A DNA stretch of 64,000 nucleotides from Balanoglossus misakiensis. Lineage: Eukaryota > Animalia > Hemichordata. How positions within the stretch are numbered: the first letter of the stretch is position 1; each line of letters starts with the position of its first letter. The stretch lies in NCBI GenBank assembly GCA_040954595.2, contig CM082590.2, positions 5,084,001-5,148,000 of the forward strand. The letters run 5' to 3'. The translations under genes and the position numbers were made by a program. Below are positions 26,980 through 39,972 of the stretch, piece after piece. The notes under the pieces are model-generated. The model was not told the origin of the DNA, searched no databases, and saw nothing but the letters and a program-made list of their open reading frames with translations.

Positions 26980-27009
26980 CTGTGGATCCTTATATTCTCC
27001 AGAAGCCAT
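26980..27009 (-). CDS. Ankyrin-repeat gene, first coding exon: MASGEYKDPQ
   Basis: Strong Kozak context AACC-ATG-G, 10 codons and CAG|GTAAGT donor in phase 0, matching exon 2; YY1-like motif ~100 bp upstream. Confidence 0.75.
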
Positions 27010-29523
27010 GGTTACGTTATAGACATTGTGTTGGAATACTTTAAAAATCTGGATCAGTAGCACCGCTTTAGAGTTGAACAAGTCAGCTTCGCAAATGTTC
27101 TATAATGGCGTCGTCGCCTACGTGGTCAGGTGATGTTGACAACAAGTTGGGGAAAACCCCGATAAATAAGGAAGTACACTACAAAGGAAAGTAATGACAA
27201 GAGTTGGGTCAAAGTTCATGACGCCATAACAGTGTGGCATATATACACTTCAATACTGTGGTGACGTCACAGCAGAATTCCTAGATTTCTGTTTAAATCA
27301 CTAAACTAGTTGGCACATTAAACAACGATTTGATTATTTATGTTTTATAACAGTACGAGCAGTGGAATGAAGTGGCCTATTCCCACTTCACAAGCTTCAG
27401 TACAAGACATAGTCTCGCTTTGCAGACTCTTGTCGCTTCACTATTTCGCCACTGGCGGTGTGAGAACGCGAGGAGCGAAGCCAAAAGTGTCTGGGGAGAA
27501 CACAGTCGCATAAGGATTGTGTTGTGTTTACATGGCGATCGACTATGACACTTTTCTGTGTCATAGGCGATCGACAGGCTATACAATTCAACCCCCATGC
27601 GACTGTTGGGGAGAATCACTGCATTCCATTGTGATGACATACACACAAGACAGGCAATGAATTCAACTATTACAAAGGACCCTTGACCTAGTTGACTTTC
27701 AGTCAATGCATGTTGTGCCAGACAGTATGTGACTGACCGACAGGCCCCGTCGAAGTTGACAGCCCAGTGCAGTATAAAATATCGTATACATGTACTGTGC
27801 TGTCAACTACAGCAGTGTCTGTAATCATGTGATTGTGAGTGAATATCACTGCACGTCTACGACTACATTTACAATCAAGGATTTTGTTTCGTTTGTCAGT
27901 TGTGGGTGATTTCCTGTTAGTGTTGAGAAATTTAGTACTTCCCGTCTTTGCAAATTGGCATATTTTTCCAATATGTAGCATTATAGCCAAATGCGGCATT
28001 CTTGCCAAATGTGTCTTAAAATTTTGAATTGTTGCATGAGAGATTGAAAATCAGAATATATTATATAAAAATGAATCCACTCTCATACAATCAATTTTAA
28101 GTGGTCAATGACCTTTAATGTACTGTGCATTAAAATAAAAGGTAAAATTCATAAGATATACAAGTAGTAAAACTTTCCTAAAATATAATTCAAGTGAAAA
28201 TCCAAAATAATCTATAAACTCAAAAATCTCTGGTAGAATGAAGCTGAAGCAAGTGCTGGCAATTAATGATTTATCTCAAACTTATATTTTTAATCATTTC
28301 ATCACCATGGTTTAGCTTAAATTCATTGTCTTCTACAGTAAAATTGGACCTCTATAGAAGGAAATGGGGTTGAAGGTTTAAGGTAGTCTTGTACCATGAA
28401 AAATAAAGTCTTAAATTTAGACCAAAAAATTGTGTCATGGTGCAAATTTTAAATGAGAGAACAAGTCAAATTTGAAATTCATAGTGGCCACCAATGTCTG
28501 TGTAAGCTCAATAGAGAATAGTTGAAGAAGTGATTTTTAGGAAAACATGCTTGATTTTTGATAGAGCTGTTTAGAGAATTACTGCTCTAACAATTTTTAA
28601 GTTGAGACTATGTTATCATGCAACTTTTACGGTGAATAATTAACTTTTTAAAACATTTTGAGTATTCAGGTAAATATGAACTCAATTTTCAGACTGATTT
28701 TGAAGGTGCATGTTAAAACCAAACATGAGAAGCAAGTGGGAATAGTTCATGTCTTGTATTGCATTAATTTGGCGGCCCATGTTCCACTCGGGGGGGGGGG
28801 GGGGGGAAATGCCAACAAAGGAGACACACATATACACAAAAGATTGCAAAAGTAAACGATTAATTTTAAAAATATCAAGGATTAAAAGACACAAAAATCC
28901 TTCTGGCAGTGAAGAAGCAGTAAAAGATTCAATTCTCAAGTCTTCATTAACAGATTTCTAAAATCTGCAGTTGATGAAACTGCATTGTAAAGGATTGGTA
29001 AAATTTGTAATAGTCATATCCAAGACGAGGTCATACATGGAAAAAAAACATTTAACCCTTCACCCCTTCAAAGGTTCAACCCCACATAGAAAACAACAGG
29101 TTTGGACTGAACCATTGTGGTGACAGGGTACAAAGCACCCCAGTTTCCACGAAACATAAGTTGTGATCTGTAAAAATCAACAAGATTTCATTGACAGGCT
29201 CCTGTAAGCTTCGCAGACGGTTACTTTAACATTCTCATTTATAAAAATGGACTTGCAGGGCAATCACACGCTGACCATCAAATTCAGTGTAACTTTCATA
29301 AAGGATGTACAACTGATAAAAGTGAAAGTATTGTCATTTTTATGGTGGATTTTAAGTTACCCAGCAAGTGTACCAAAAATCTGTAACAAAATATAGGGGT
29401 CACTGTGCTTGTTTTTGAAATACAAAGCTGTGAATTTAGTCAAACTTAAAAACAGCTGAGTAAGCATTTTTTACCAATGGGTGTCTATGGGCCAAAAAAA
29501 AGTTATTTCAAAATTGAGTGTGT

Positions 29524-29781
29524 GCATGGTGACCACAATATATTGTTTGAGTTCTGATTTTAATTTCCATGAAATGACGATAGTAGAAGCGCATTATCTG
29601 GGAATTCTCAATGAAATCCTCTGGGAGAGACATATTCCATGTGCTCCAAGTTTGCATGGTGACCACAATATATTGTTTGAGTTCTGATTTTAATTTCCAT
29701 GAAATGACGATAGTAAAAGCGCGTTATCTGGTAATTCTCAATGAAATCCTCTGGGAGAGACATATTCCTTGTGCTCCAAGT
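29524..29781. repeat. 130-bp tandem duplication
   Basis: TGCATGGTGACCACAATATATTGTTTGAG at ~29523 and ~29653. Confidence 0.85.
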
Positions 29782-30493
29782 GTGCGTATGTCCTTAACTG
29801 ACCACCAGCACCAATGCTGCAATAGAACAGAAATTTATGGTTCAAAATTGAAGCATTTCAGACCCTAATTGCTCTAGCCCTGGACTGGTCATTAATTCAA
29901 CAGATATTACAAACTATAAGTATATTGTCTATAAACACCGAGAAATTGACAACTACCAATGTTGTATAGACCAAAAATAGATTTAAGGGGACCACTTGCT
30001 TGCAAGACTGGTTCATTTAAAGTCCCAAATTGCTGCTATTTCTTGCAATATTTTCGATTTACTTCAAACTGTTAACAGGCCATCTAAAGGATCAAAGTCT
30101 CTCCCTCACTGCCGTTTTCCCATCAATTATGTTTGATATAAGACGCTGTTTATATTAAAGTAAATGTGTATATGTAGTGAATTAATGTTCGACCACACAC
30201 AACTTCCATCCCACTTGTATGATATGAGGGTAAAATTTGGCCCAAAATGAATAAATTTATGCATTTTTGACCAGATTTTACTCTCATATCATACAAGTGG
30301 GATGGAAGTTGTGTGTGGTTGAACGTTCATTCATTACATATACACATGTACATTAACATAAACAGTGTATTGTATCAAAAAAGGGCGGAGACTTTGTCCC
30401 TTTTATGTTCAGTCAATCTAGTCAAGAGGGACCCAAAGTTTAGGGACTTTATAGACGAGTGGCCTTTATAGACGGGTTGATTCGAATACACAC

Positions 30494-30621
30494 CTTGAAA
30501 TTGTTGGCTGCCTGTTTCAATCCAACATCAGTATCCAAGAATTGAACTTCAGCAATTTGGCTGTGAAGTGCAGCCATAATGAACAAGACACAGGCCTTCT
30601 CAAAAGAGGATGATGTCATAC
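30494..30621 (-). pseudogene. PDCD6IP: Isolated ALIX/PDCD6IP Bro1-domain exon (128 nt, phase 1-0): MTSSSFEKACVLFIMAALHSQIAEVQFLDTDVGLKQAANNFK
   Basis: gttttgtatag| acceptor and |gtgtgt donor; the peptide matches the recalled ALIX motif YEKSCVLFNCAALASQIAAEQNLDNDEGLKIAAKHYQ; no other ALIX exon was found. Confidence 0.8.
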
Positions 30622-31034
30622 CTATACAAAACAAGACAAATACAAGATTGAATCATTCATATGGATTACATTATGTTGTCATTAGGCCTGCAAAATTAAC
30701 ATGTGCTGTTCCGATTAGTACCATACTGTTAAAGAGTGACGAGGAATGATCAAATTAATTATTGTTGGATTTAATTTATATTTCTTGTGGTGGCTGGGAA
30801 CACAGTTTACACAGTAGAAAAACTTTACAGTGAAAGAGTTTTAAACTGCGCCCTGTCCAATTATACCATGGAAGTTTTTGAGTGAGGTGTGATGTACGAG
30901 TGGTTGGGTATACTTAGACAACAAGATTATCAAGTGAACAAAAAGCAATAAAAATCCTAGGTAGTGTTTCATATCTCTTAGAAATCCAGGAGAAGGAGGT
31001 CATGTAACCCATTTCTCACAATTGTTTGGTTTAA

Positions 31035-31119
31035 CCCTTTCACCCCCAGTTCCCTCTATAGACGTCCAACTTTATCATAGAAAACAATGGGTTTGGACTG
31101 AACCCTGGTGGTGAAAGGG
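31035..31119. mobile_element. piggyBac-like MITE (degenerate copy near 29055-29130)
   Basis: TTAA|CCCTTTCACC...GGTGAAAGGG|TTAA. Confidence 0.75.
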
Positions 31120-31563
31120 TTAAACCCGAATGGACAGACCTACAATGCACAAAATCAGGGTTGAAAGTGTTCAGAGTTTGATACATGTATTACATATACG
31201 AATTCTTTGCCATGATACATGTACGTGTGAAACATATATTGTATCATCTCCCTATTTACAATCAGTGTGCCCTCTAAACCCATATGACGCGCCACTGACT
31301 CAACAAACTCACTGGAGATTCAAGAAAAATTATCCACTATACATGTAATGGTATGGTGCTGACTCTGAGAAAGTGTTCAGAAATCTTGAATATCAATTTT
31401 GGAATATTTTGTTTGGCTCAGGCTGACATCTTTTACTTGTGGTATGAGGCAACAGCATAAGAATACCGTACAGCATGAAGTAAAAAGTGTCAAGGTACCC
31501 TACATTTGATTTGAATCAGATTGTGATAATAGATCATTTTTACTATTTGAGAAATTGACTTAC

Positions 31564-33528
31564 CCATGTTGCATCATCATTCTCTGTGTTCCTTCACCAC
31601 AGTTGATCAGATAACGGCAACTAGAACAACAAAATATACGTATCATGTGTCAAATCCCTTTTTTATAGTCTTTGAAAAACTATCACAAGGGAAGGATATG
31701 GTACAATTAGAGTTGCTACCTATAATTTTTTAGTTTGAAAATTGTTTTACAGTTGCACGATGAAGTAAATATCCACTTCACGGGAACATTGCATGATTTA
31801 ATTGAACTGTCATTTGCAGTACTTATTTTTGTGACTTTACTCTCTGAAAGTTGATTGTATCAGACATATTATCAGGTTCTCTCTTACTTTTTAGTATCTA
31901 GCCATGTTTTGTCCACTTTGCATCCAAAACTAATGTCTAGCCTTGTGGATGCCACTGGCCCAATAAAGCCTGATACACCCTTGCTGGGAATTGTGATGTA
32001 ATTAGTGTCCCTTTGAAGTCAATTAAAGACTTTGTTTTTCAAATGATTGGACAGAGGATATACATGTACACATGTGTAATTAAATTTCAATGTAATTAGC
32101 CCTGCCTTTACTACAATCTTAAACTCTATCAACAATGTTAAGTTAATGTGATTTTCCCACCTTTTCCTGCTTGATTCATTGTGGCTATATGTATCTATGA
32201 CAATATGACTGTCAGTGATCCCCAGTTTATACATCCTGACCTGACCTGACCAGGTTGATAAGTATAAGAAAAACTATGCATCGATAATCCATGTTTTTCT
32301 TAATGGCACGATCATCATGCAAATTAGTGAAAACTGTAAATAACCGTCAGAATAATCATGTTAATAGGTAATACAAAAAAATATTGTGTCAGTCGAGAAA
32401 TGCTAATAATCAATATGTTGATCACGTCGATAGGAACAGCCATTCAAGTTCCATTGATCACCCTCATTGCCATCGGCCACCCCCACTTCATAACTCTAAC
32501 CAAATAATGATGTAATGATAGTTCCAAATAAAGCCATCAACACCAATTTTGAGATGTTGGTGATATTCTCACGCTGTACCCAATGTGATAACAATGAATG
32601 CAATGTGGATAGCATTCTACCCACAGGGAGCTCTTCTTCCTTGTTTCTAATGTGTGTGTGTTAATATTGATTAATATAATAAAACAAATCTGTGAAAATA
32701 TATGTTCACCTTTGTTTGTTGACAAGTTTGGGGTACACATGTATTCAACAGTAAAGGGTTAGACTACACTAACCTGTCTACAAACAATCATGACCATATT
32801 TGCAAACATACATATTTTTTTCAAACATTTTTAAATTAATCAATCACAACACACACACTTTTACAAACAAGGACGAAGAGCTCTCTGTGTTCTACCCACA
32901 AACGTCGGAATCATACTGCAGTGGTCACCTGATTCAACCAGTAAAGGTCACATGAGGTCATCAATTGTTGTCGGTTTTCTGGTTGACATTTCTCTGAAAA
33001 CACACGTGTTTTTTTCACGGACTTAACGTTGATATTTTGGCAACTGGTGTGAGTAGTCATGAAGTGTAATGTTTGGAGCATTGCTTGACCCTAGTTACTG
33101 TTGTGCGATAGGGTGAAATCGTCAGCTGAAATTTATTGTCGATCGTCCATAGGCTCCAGCTTATTATTCGACGTCTGTGTTTCTACCCACATGCTAAGTC
33201 GTGAAAACTATCAGTGATATCTAAAAACCATGGAGGTATCCCCATGCTAAAAACACACAAAATACTGCAATGTTTCAATACTCACTCTGCCAAATCTGTA
33301 CAGTGATGGTGGAGAGTGTTAAGGGGGCCTGAACCCATGACTTGCTGAGAAAACAGATGCTCGCTCCTTGGCTCGGCATGTTTTGGAGAAACATGACACC
33401 ATTCTGGATGTATAACGAACACAGGTCAAGCACCGTCTTACCATAGAAAAGGCGACATTGGAGTTGATGACAGAAACACGTGCCATTAAAACAAATTGGC
33501 AGATTCGAGTTTCTAGCCTGCATGCCAT
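31564..33528 (-). pseudogene. ELAC2: Truncated 5' portion of an ELAC2/RNase Z-like gene: exons 33286-33528, 31888-32010 and 31564-31620
   Basis: Exons 2+3 splice (phase 2) to ...WLDTKNCRYLINCGEGTQRMMMQHG, matching the RNase ZL motif RYLFNCGEGTQR. Exon 1 (AAAC-ATG-G) encodes an Arg/Ser-rich presequence-like peptide and joins in phase only if one C is removed from a C5 run at ~33325. No later exons were seen. Confidence 0.72.
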
Positions 33529-33579
33529 GTTTACATCGAAGACGTTGTACGGTTCAAAGGCAAAGGGTCGAAGGTCAGC

Positions 33580-33597
33580 AACAGCGCCCTCTTGGGG
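33580..33597 (-). promoter_or_regulatory. CTCF-like motif just upstream of the ELAC2-like ATG
   Basis: The minus strand reads CCCCAAGAGGGCGCTGT, close to the CTCF consensus CCASYAGRKGGCRS. Confidence 0.35.
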
Positions 33598-33622
33598 TAT
33601 ATTCTGTGGAACTTTTGAAGGT

Positions 33623-34153
33623 ACGATACTGAAGTAAGACTCAGATTCGGTTTTGGATTCAGTTTCGGATTCGGTTTCGGATTCGGGTTAGAGAGACTGA
33701 AAGTAGTTTAGCATTTTCGGGCAACCATCGCGGTTAGGCATCTGCAGTACAAGAATGAAAATTACTTTACTAAAACACGAATAAATTTGATTTAATCTGT
33801 ACTTATTATGTATGACATTTTTCTCACCCCAAAAATGTTTATTCAAACCGAAAATTACAAAATATTATCTTTCTACCATTGAAGTATGTTTTTCGATAAT
33901 AAAATATGTATTTACAATTTCCGATGTGAAAAAAACAGTGTTTTGGTGCCAAAAATATCATACATAACATGTCGAGAGAGTTTGATCAAATATATTCATA
34001 TTTTTACAGAGTTATTTTCATACTCGTACTGCAGATGCCAAACCGCGATGGTCGCTTGAAAATGCTTAACTACTTTCAGTCTCTCGAACCCGAATCCGAA
34101 ACCGAATCCGAAACTGAATCCGAATCCGAAACCGACACTAACTTCAGCATCGT
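33623..34153. mobile_element. Foldback/MITE with ~170-bp TIRs containing 6-bp tandem repeats
   Basis: ACGATACTGAAGT...ACTTCAGCATCGT termini; (TTCGGA/TTCGGT)n arms; 8-bp TSD TTGAAGGT/TTGAAAGT with one mismatch. Confidence 0.8.
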
Positions 34154-35304
34154 TTGAAAGTTCCCGATCTCGTATCCTAAGGACGCCAGCAGAATTTCCC
34201 GCCGCATTTTAATTCTCATTCAAATATGAAAGAAATAAAACTCACCCGGTCTGAATTGGTTTGTTTAAAAGGGGAGTTAGGATAGGGTCTTCCTTCGGTA
34301 GTTTTGACCCGCAATTCGGCCTAAATCTACGAAACAAAGGCTTTAGAGAAGATATCTTATTTTTCCAATTTTCTAACGGAAGGCGTGTTTATGGCTAATC
34401 ATTTAAATCCTTTCCTAAACATAGGCCTAAAGAAAATAAACCTGGTGAAGACTGGTTGGTTTAAAGGGAGTTTGACTATGAATATGACTCGATCATTTGA
34501 AACTTCATACGACAGGTGAATTAAGTAACGCACTATATAGCGCGTATCAACTTTCAAAGGCCATCTCCGAAAATGCTCATTGTAATTTCACAAGAATTTC
34601 CGAAATAATTCTCAGAATTGCACTCAGAACAGCGGGCATAGCTGGCAAACATACTTATATCAATAACAATGTTTCAAGGACTATTTTGATTAGGCCTATA
34701 TAAGAAATCGTTTTGTAGATTCGGCGGTCAAAATTATAAAACGAAAACTAAGTTTAAGGTAGAGGTCTACTCAAAATCGAAAATACAATCTAATAGAAAG
34801 AAAAATACACGCCACTGATAAGTTAAACTGTCATTTTTCTAGAAGCGTCCGAAAGCTTTAATAATGTCAAATATACAAAATTTATAAAAATTGCGCGAAA
34901 TATGATGAAATCGCGCGCATCATGCAAGAACTATGACGTCATTCCACACTACAGCAGCCAGAGAAACAAAAAAATCACAATATTAATAAAATTGCCTACC
35001 TACCTACCCTCTTTTGAAAACCATGTAATTGGAACACATATATTATTTTTCTGTTGCCTAAGAGTGGAAGAGTGATGTTCAAACTTCTTCGACACGGTGA
35101 TGATTCTTGCTGCTGTGTTTTATGAGCGCTGAAGAAGATTTGTTGCAGATTGAGGAAGACCGAACAGTAACGAATTGCAGTAATCAAGTTTGTTTGAAAG
35201 AACTGCATGAATAAAAGTACAACAATCATTAGAAGACAGGTACTGACGTATTGATCTGATGCGTCGACGATGAAAAAACACAAGTTGTAGGGCCTACTCT
35301 CTTG

Positions 35305-35346
35305 AGTGAGGAGAAACCCTAACCCTAACCCTAGCCCTAACCCTAA
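35305..35346. repeat. Short telomere-like tract (left flank of YR element A)
   Basis: AGTGAGGAGAAACCCTAACCCTAACCCTAGCCCTAACCCTAA, the same unit as 48516-49116. Confidence 0.9.
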
Positions 35347-36589
35347 TTAGGGTCCAACGGGCATTAGGGGACCTGAGATTTCGGGCTCTAACCCTACTGC
35401 CTTGCCAATGTTTTTTTTACCCCTCCTTTTGATACAATGTAGGTAAACATGTAAACAACAACAACAAAAAATATCAACAAAAACAAGTCAACCCTTCCAT
35501 GTTTTTTAAGGTCGAGTCCCCCAATGCCCCACTTATGTCTTGTTTGGCCAAAAAAAGAGGGTTAGAGAAAATTGTTTGGATTTATTTTGTTATCTTTTAG
35601 GTTGTTGTTATTGATTTTGGTCCCCTGTCTAACCCCAGCCTTTAAAAAAAAACATTTTTAGAAAGGCCTAAAAAATGCCTTGGTGGGTATATGCAAGTTG
35701 CTCCAGACGGCAAGTCTAAATTGTGCATGGACGGATTTCTTGGTAGGTACTTTTAAATTTTACATAAACCATAACAAACTATCATTTTCCGAAAGGTCTC
35801 GGCGAGTTCTATAACATACTAAAATTTGACAAACTTTGAACCTGACCTTGAAAAGTTATTGCGGAAAAACCTATTGAAAAAAACATACTTTTTAAGGTAC
35901 GCGGTGTCACCCCCTTAATATAGTTGGAAACCACTGAAAATTACAGGATAGATTGATAATAAGTTGTTTTAATGTGGTGTGGTGAAAACATTTTGAAATT
36001 CGAAGGTCAAGGTCAACTTCGCCATTGCTTATAGTTGTTGGTTTACCTATGTCGGATTTCATTATCCTTTGACCTTTGACCTTGATATTTGGTACACAAG
36101 TAGAGTGTCTATCTATAAACTCTTGACAAAAGTTATATTGAAATATTTTAACATAAAAGCACTTTTTTGACCAAAAAGCAAACTTCTGTAAATTAGCTGT
36201 AAATAAGCTTTTTTTTAATATACACTTTGCTTTTTTAAGATTATTTTTTTATTTAAAGCATTTCAAGAATGAAACTTTCCAGAAACCATCATGAGATGTT
36301 TTAGAATATAAAAAAGTTTACACTTTTGAGATTGGACGCCATTAAGTATTCCAAATGTTGTTGCAAAATAGACTGAAATAATGCCCATAGACTTAACATG
36401 TATAAAAACAAAAGAATACATTTTTTGAACACTTGGTAATTTTTTTTAATGTATTTGTTTTGTCTTTTATATTATGATATAGAGTAGTAATTGCTCTATT
36501 CAAAACACTATTTGGTTTAAAGATCTGATTTCATTTAGTCTTTTATTTTAATTTATTCTACTGTAATAATGCATGTTCAAGTATAGGGA

Positions 36590-38130
36590 AAATATTCAGT
36601 TTTGAGGTTAAGTTTGCATTACTTTTAACACACTTAGGGTTGGCCGATCTTCAAACTGTAACCGGTTTTGAGACCACCAATAACTGCTCTAAAACATATT
36701 GAAGACCGGATGTAAAATCATTAAGAATAAATTTATAGGTGGGGCCACAATAAAGGGATGTAAAAGTAATTATTTCGCTTTAATTGCATGTTAAAGAATA
36801 GGAAAAAATGATAACATTAGAGAACCTATCATAAAATGTAAAATAAAGGAGCTTAAGAGCTGATTTTTCCAGGAATGATAGACATTTAAATTCTCTATTC
36901 TGGGGTACCTTAATATCTAAGAAATGTAGACAAGAAGTTATAAAAATATAATTATGAAACAAAATGGTTGTGCCCCATAGGCTTTACACTGTAGAAAACA
37001 GGGTGTCATAGGTAAAAAATTAGGAAAGTAAGAAAACATGTCATTTAAAGCTTGTAATTTTCAGAGACTGTTAAGAACATGTTGGGATACTACCTACATT
37101 ATTTTAAAGTTGTTACATGTACAGCAATGCCAGTAACTATGAATACAAACTAGGTAATTCATAAACCTCATATAGAAATTTTCGCTATATTGCTGCCTTA
37201 TTTTTGCCACACCTGTTTATTTATTATTAAAGATTTAACATTGGGTCTTCAATATGTTTTAGAGTAATAGTTGGCCATCTCAAAACAGGTTACACTTTAA
37301 AGATTGACCCACTATAAGTGTTACAGTAGTGTTGCAAACATTAGCTAAAACTTACATTTTCCCCTATACCTTAACATAGAAAACATCACTTTACTTTTGG
37401 CACACCTATTAATGTATTCTTAAAGATTTCACATCGGGTCTTCAATATGTTTTAGAGTAATAGTTGGAGATCTCAAAACAGTTTACACTTTAAAGATTGA
37501 CCCACTATAAGTGTTACAGTAGTGTTGCAAACATTAGCTAAAACTTACATTTTCCCCTATACCTGAACATAGAAAACATCACTTTACTTTTGCCACACCT
37601 GTTTATTTATTATTAAAGATTTAACATCGGGTCTTCAATATGTTTTAGAGGAATAGTTGGAGATCTCAAAACAGGTTACACTTTAAAGATGGACCCACTC
37701 TAAGTGTTACAGTAGTGTTGCAAACATTGGCTAAAACTTACATATTTTCTGTGTGAAATTTATGAATTACCTAGTTTGTATCAATAGTTTATGGCATTAC
37801 AGTACAGGTAACAACTTAAAAATAATGTAGGTAGTATCCCAGCATGTTCTTAACAGTCTCTGAAAATAACAAGCTTTAAACAACATGTTTTCGTACTTTC
37901 CTAATTGTTTACCTATGACACTTTTTTCTACAGTGTTAACCCAATGGGGCACAAACATTTTGTTTCATAATTATATTTTTTATGACTTCTTGTTTGAATT
38001 TGAAAAACAACAATTCCCCTACAGCATAGAGAATAAAAAGGTTTATCTATTCTGAAAAAATTAGAACTTAAGCTTCTTTTGAAAAGATTTTACAGCAATT
38101 TCTAAACTTGGCCCATAGGAATACATGCAT
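36590..38130. repeat. Large imperfect inverted repeat with a central ~190-bp x3 tandem; homologous to 50740-53330
   Basis: 36780-37180 is inverted at 37750-38130; 37200-37745 holds three inverted copies of 36590-36790. Confidence 0.8.
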
Positions 38131-38555
38131 TAAAATAAGCTAGAAGATAGGCAATTTTTAACTTGGCGACATTTTTTCAAAAAGGTTTCGTTTTATGCTT
38201 ATTGAAACAAATATCTTACAATCCGATACATGGTTTTGAAGCTTAGATTCTGCTCTCGCTAACCGCTGAAACCGTTTTTCAAGAATCGTAAGAATGAAAT
38301 CAGAGAGCCAACGATTAGGATTAGTTACAATCGTAATTTGCACACACTTCTGGGTTTCGGCTAATTGTACGCACATACTTTTTAAAAAAGGCTTCGTTTA
38401 TTGCTTATTCTAATAAATATCTAACAATCCAATATATGGTTTTAAAGCTAAGAATCTTGGCTTTCTAACCGCTGAAATCGTTTTTAAAAAATCGTAGAAA
38501 ATGAAATCAGAGAGCCGTCGATTACGATTTGTAATGGTTGTATTAGGGTTATAGT

Positions 38556-39972
38556 CAGGTGGAAATTTCAGAAAATGAGCATTTTAAAAGCATGTCAGGC
38601 ATTTTTTGGTACAAGCTGGGAACAAGTTGTTTTTGGATATTTCGAATACGCTGATTTCGAATTTGCCTGTTCCCAAAAATTCTTTTCACGTTTTCATGTC
38701 GAAAATGGCAAATTAATTGGTGACGTCATAATTTCAAAATACCTAAAAGAAAACGCTGTTTGTAGCCATTATGGTGCAATATCACAGGTCAACACCATAA
38801 TAGTCTATTGAAATCATATTCTTATATTCATTTAAATATTTTTAAACAATTTTTTTAATTTAGAAACATTTTGTGAATTGGTAAAATGCTAATTTATGTT
38901 AATTAGGTCCAGGTGGAAATTTCAGAAAATGAGCATTTTAAAAGCATGTCAGGCATTTGTGGTACAAGCTGGGAACAAGTTGTTTTTGGATATTTCGAAT
39001 ACGCTGATTTCGAATTTGCCTGTTCCCAAAAATTCTTTTCACGTTTTCATGTCGAAAATGGCAAATTAATTGGTGACGTCATAATTTCAAAATACCTAAA
39101 AGAAAACGCTGTTTGTAGCCATTATGGTGCAATATCACAGGTCAACACCATAATAGTCTATTGAAATCATATTCTTATATTCATTTAAATATTTTTAAAC
39201 AATTTTTTTAATTTAGAAACATTTTGTGAATTGGTAAAATGCTAATTTATGTTAATTAGGTCCAGGTGGAAATTTCAGAAAATGAGCATTTTAAAAGCAT
39301 GTCATTCATTTTTTTGGTACAAGCTGGGAACAAGTTGTTTTTGGATATTTCGAATACGCTGATTTCGAATTTGCCTGTTCCCAAAAATTCTTTTCACGTT
39401 TTCATGTCGAAAATGGCAAATTAATTGGTGACGTCATAATTTCAAAATACCTAAAAGAAAACGCTGTTTGTAGCCATTATGGTGCAATATCACAGGTCAA
39501 CACCATAATAGTCTATTGAAATCATATTCTTATATTCATTTAAATATTTTTAAACATTTTTTTTAATTTAGAAACATTTTGTGAATTGGTAAAATGCTAA
39601 TTTATGTTAATTAGGTCCAGGTGGAAATTTCAGAAAATGAGCATTTTAAAAGCATGTCATTCATTTTTTTGGTACAAGCTGGGAACAAGTTGTTTTTGGA
39701 TATTTCGAATACGCTGATTTCGAATTTGCCTGTTCCCAAAAATTCTTTTCACGTTTTCATGTCGAAAATGGCAAATTAATTGGTGACGTCATAATTTCAA
39801 AATACCTAAAAGAAAACGCTGTTTGTAGCCATTATGGTGCAATATCACAGGTCAACACCATAATAGTCTATTGAAATCATATTCTTATATTCATTTAAAT
39901 GTTTTTAAGCATTTTTTTAAATTTAGAAACGTTTGGTGAATTGGTAAAAATGCTAATTTATGTTAATTAGGT
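38556..39972. repeat. Satellite-like tandem array, 4 x 353-355 bp, near-identical
   Basis: CAGGTGGAAATTTCAGAAAATGAGC at 38556, 38910, 39263 and 39618. Confidence 0.97.

Noticed and set aside
30494-31620. In-frame ELAC2-ALIX fusion protein
   Set aside because: A phase-2 donor joined to a phase-1 acceptor gives a TGA within 8 codons.
33969-34157. ORF with an ESETES repeat
   Set aside because: Translation of the 6-bp repeat in a foldback TIR.
38575-39164. Duplicated 78/83-aa ORFs
   Set aside because: By-product of the 354-bp satellite; the reading frame shifts between copies.
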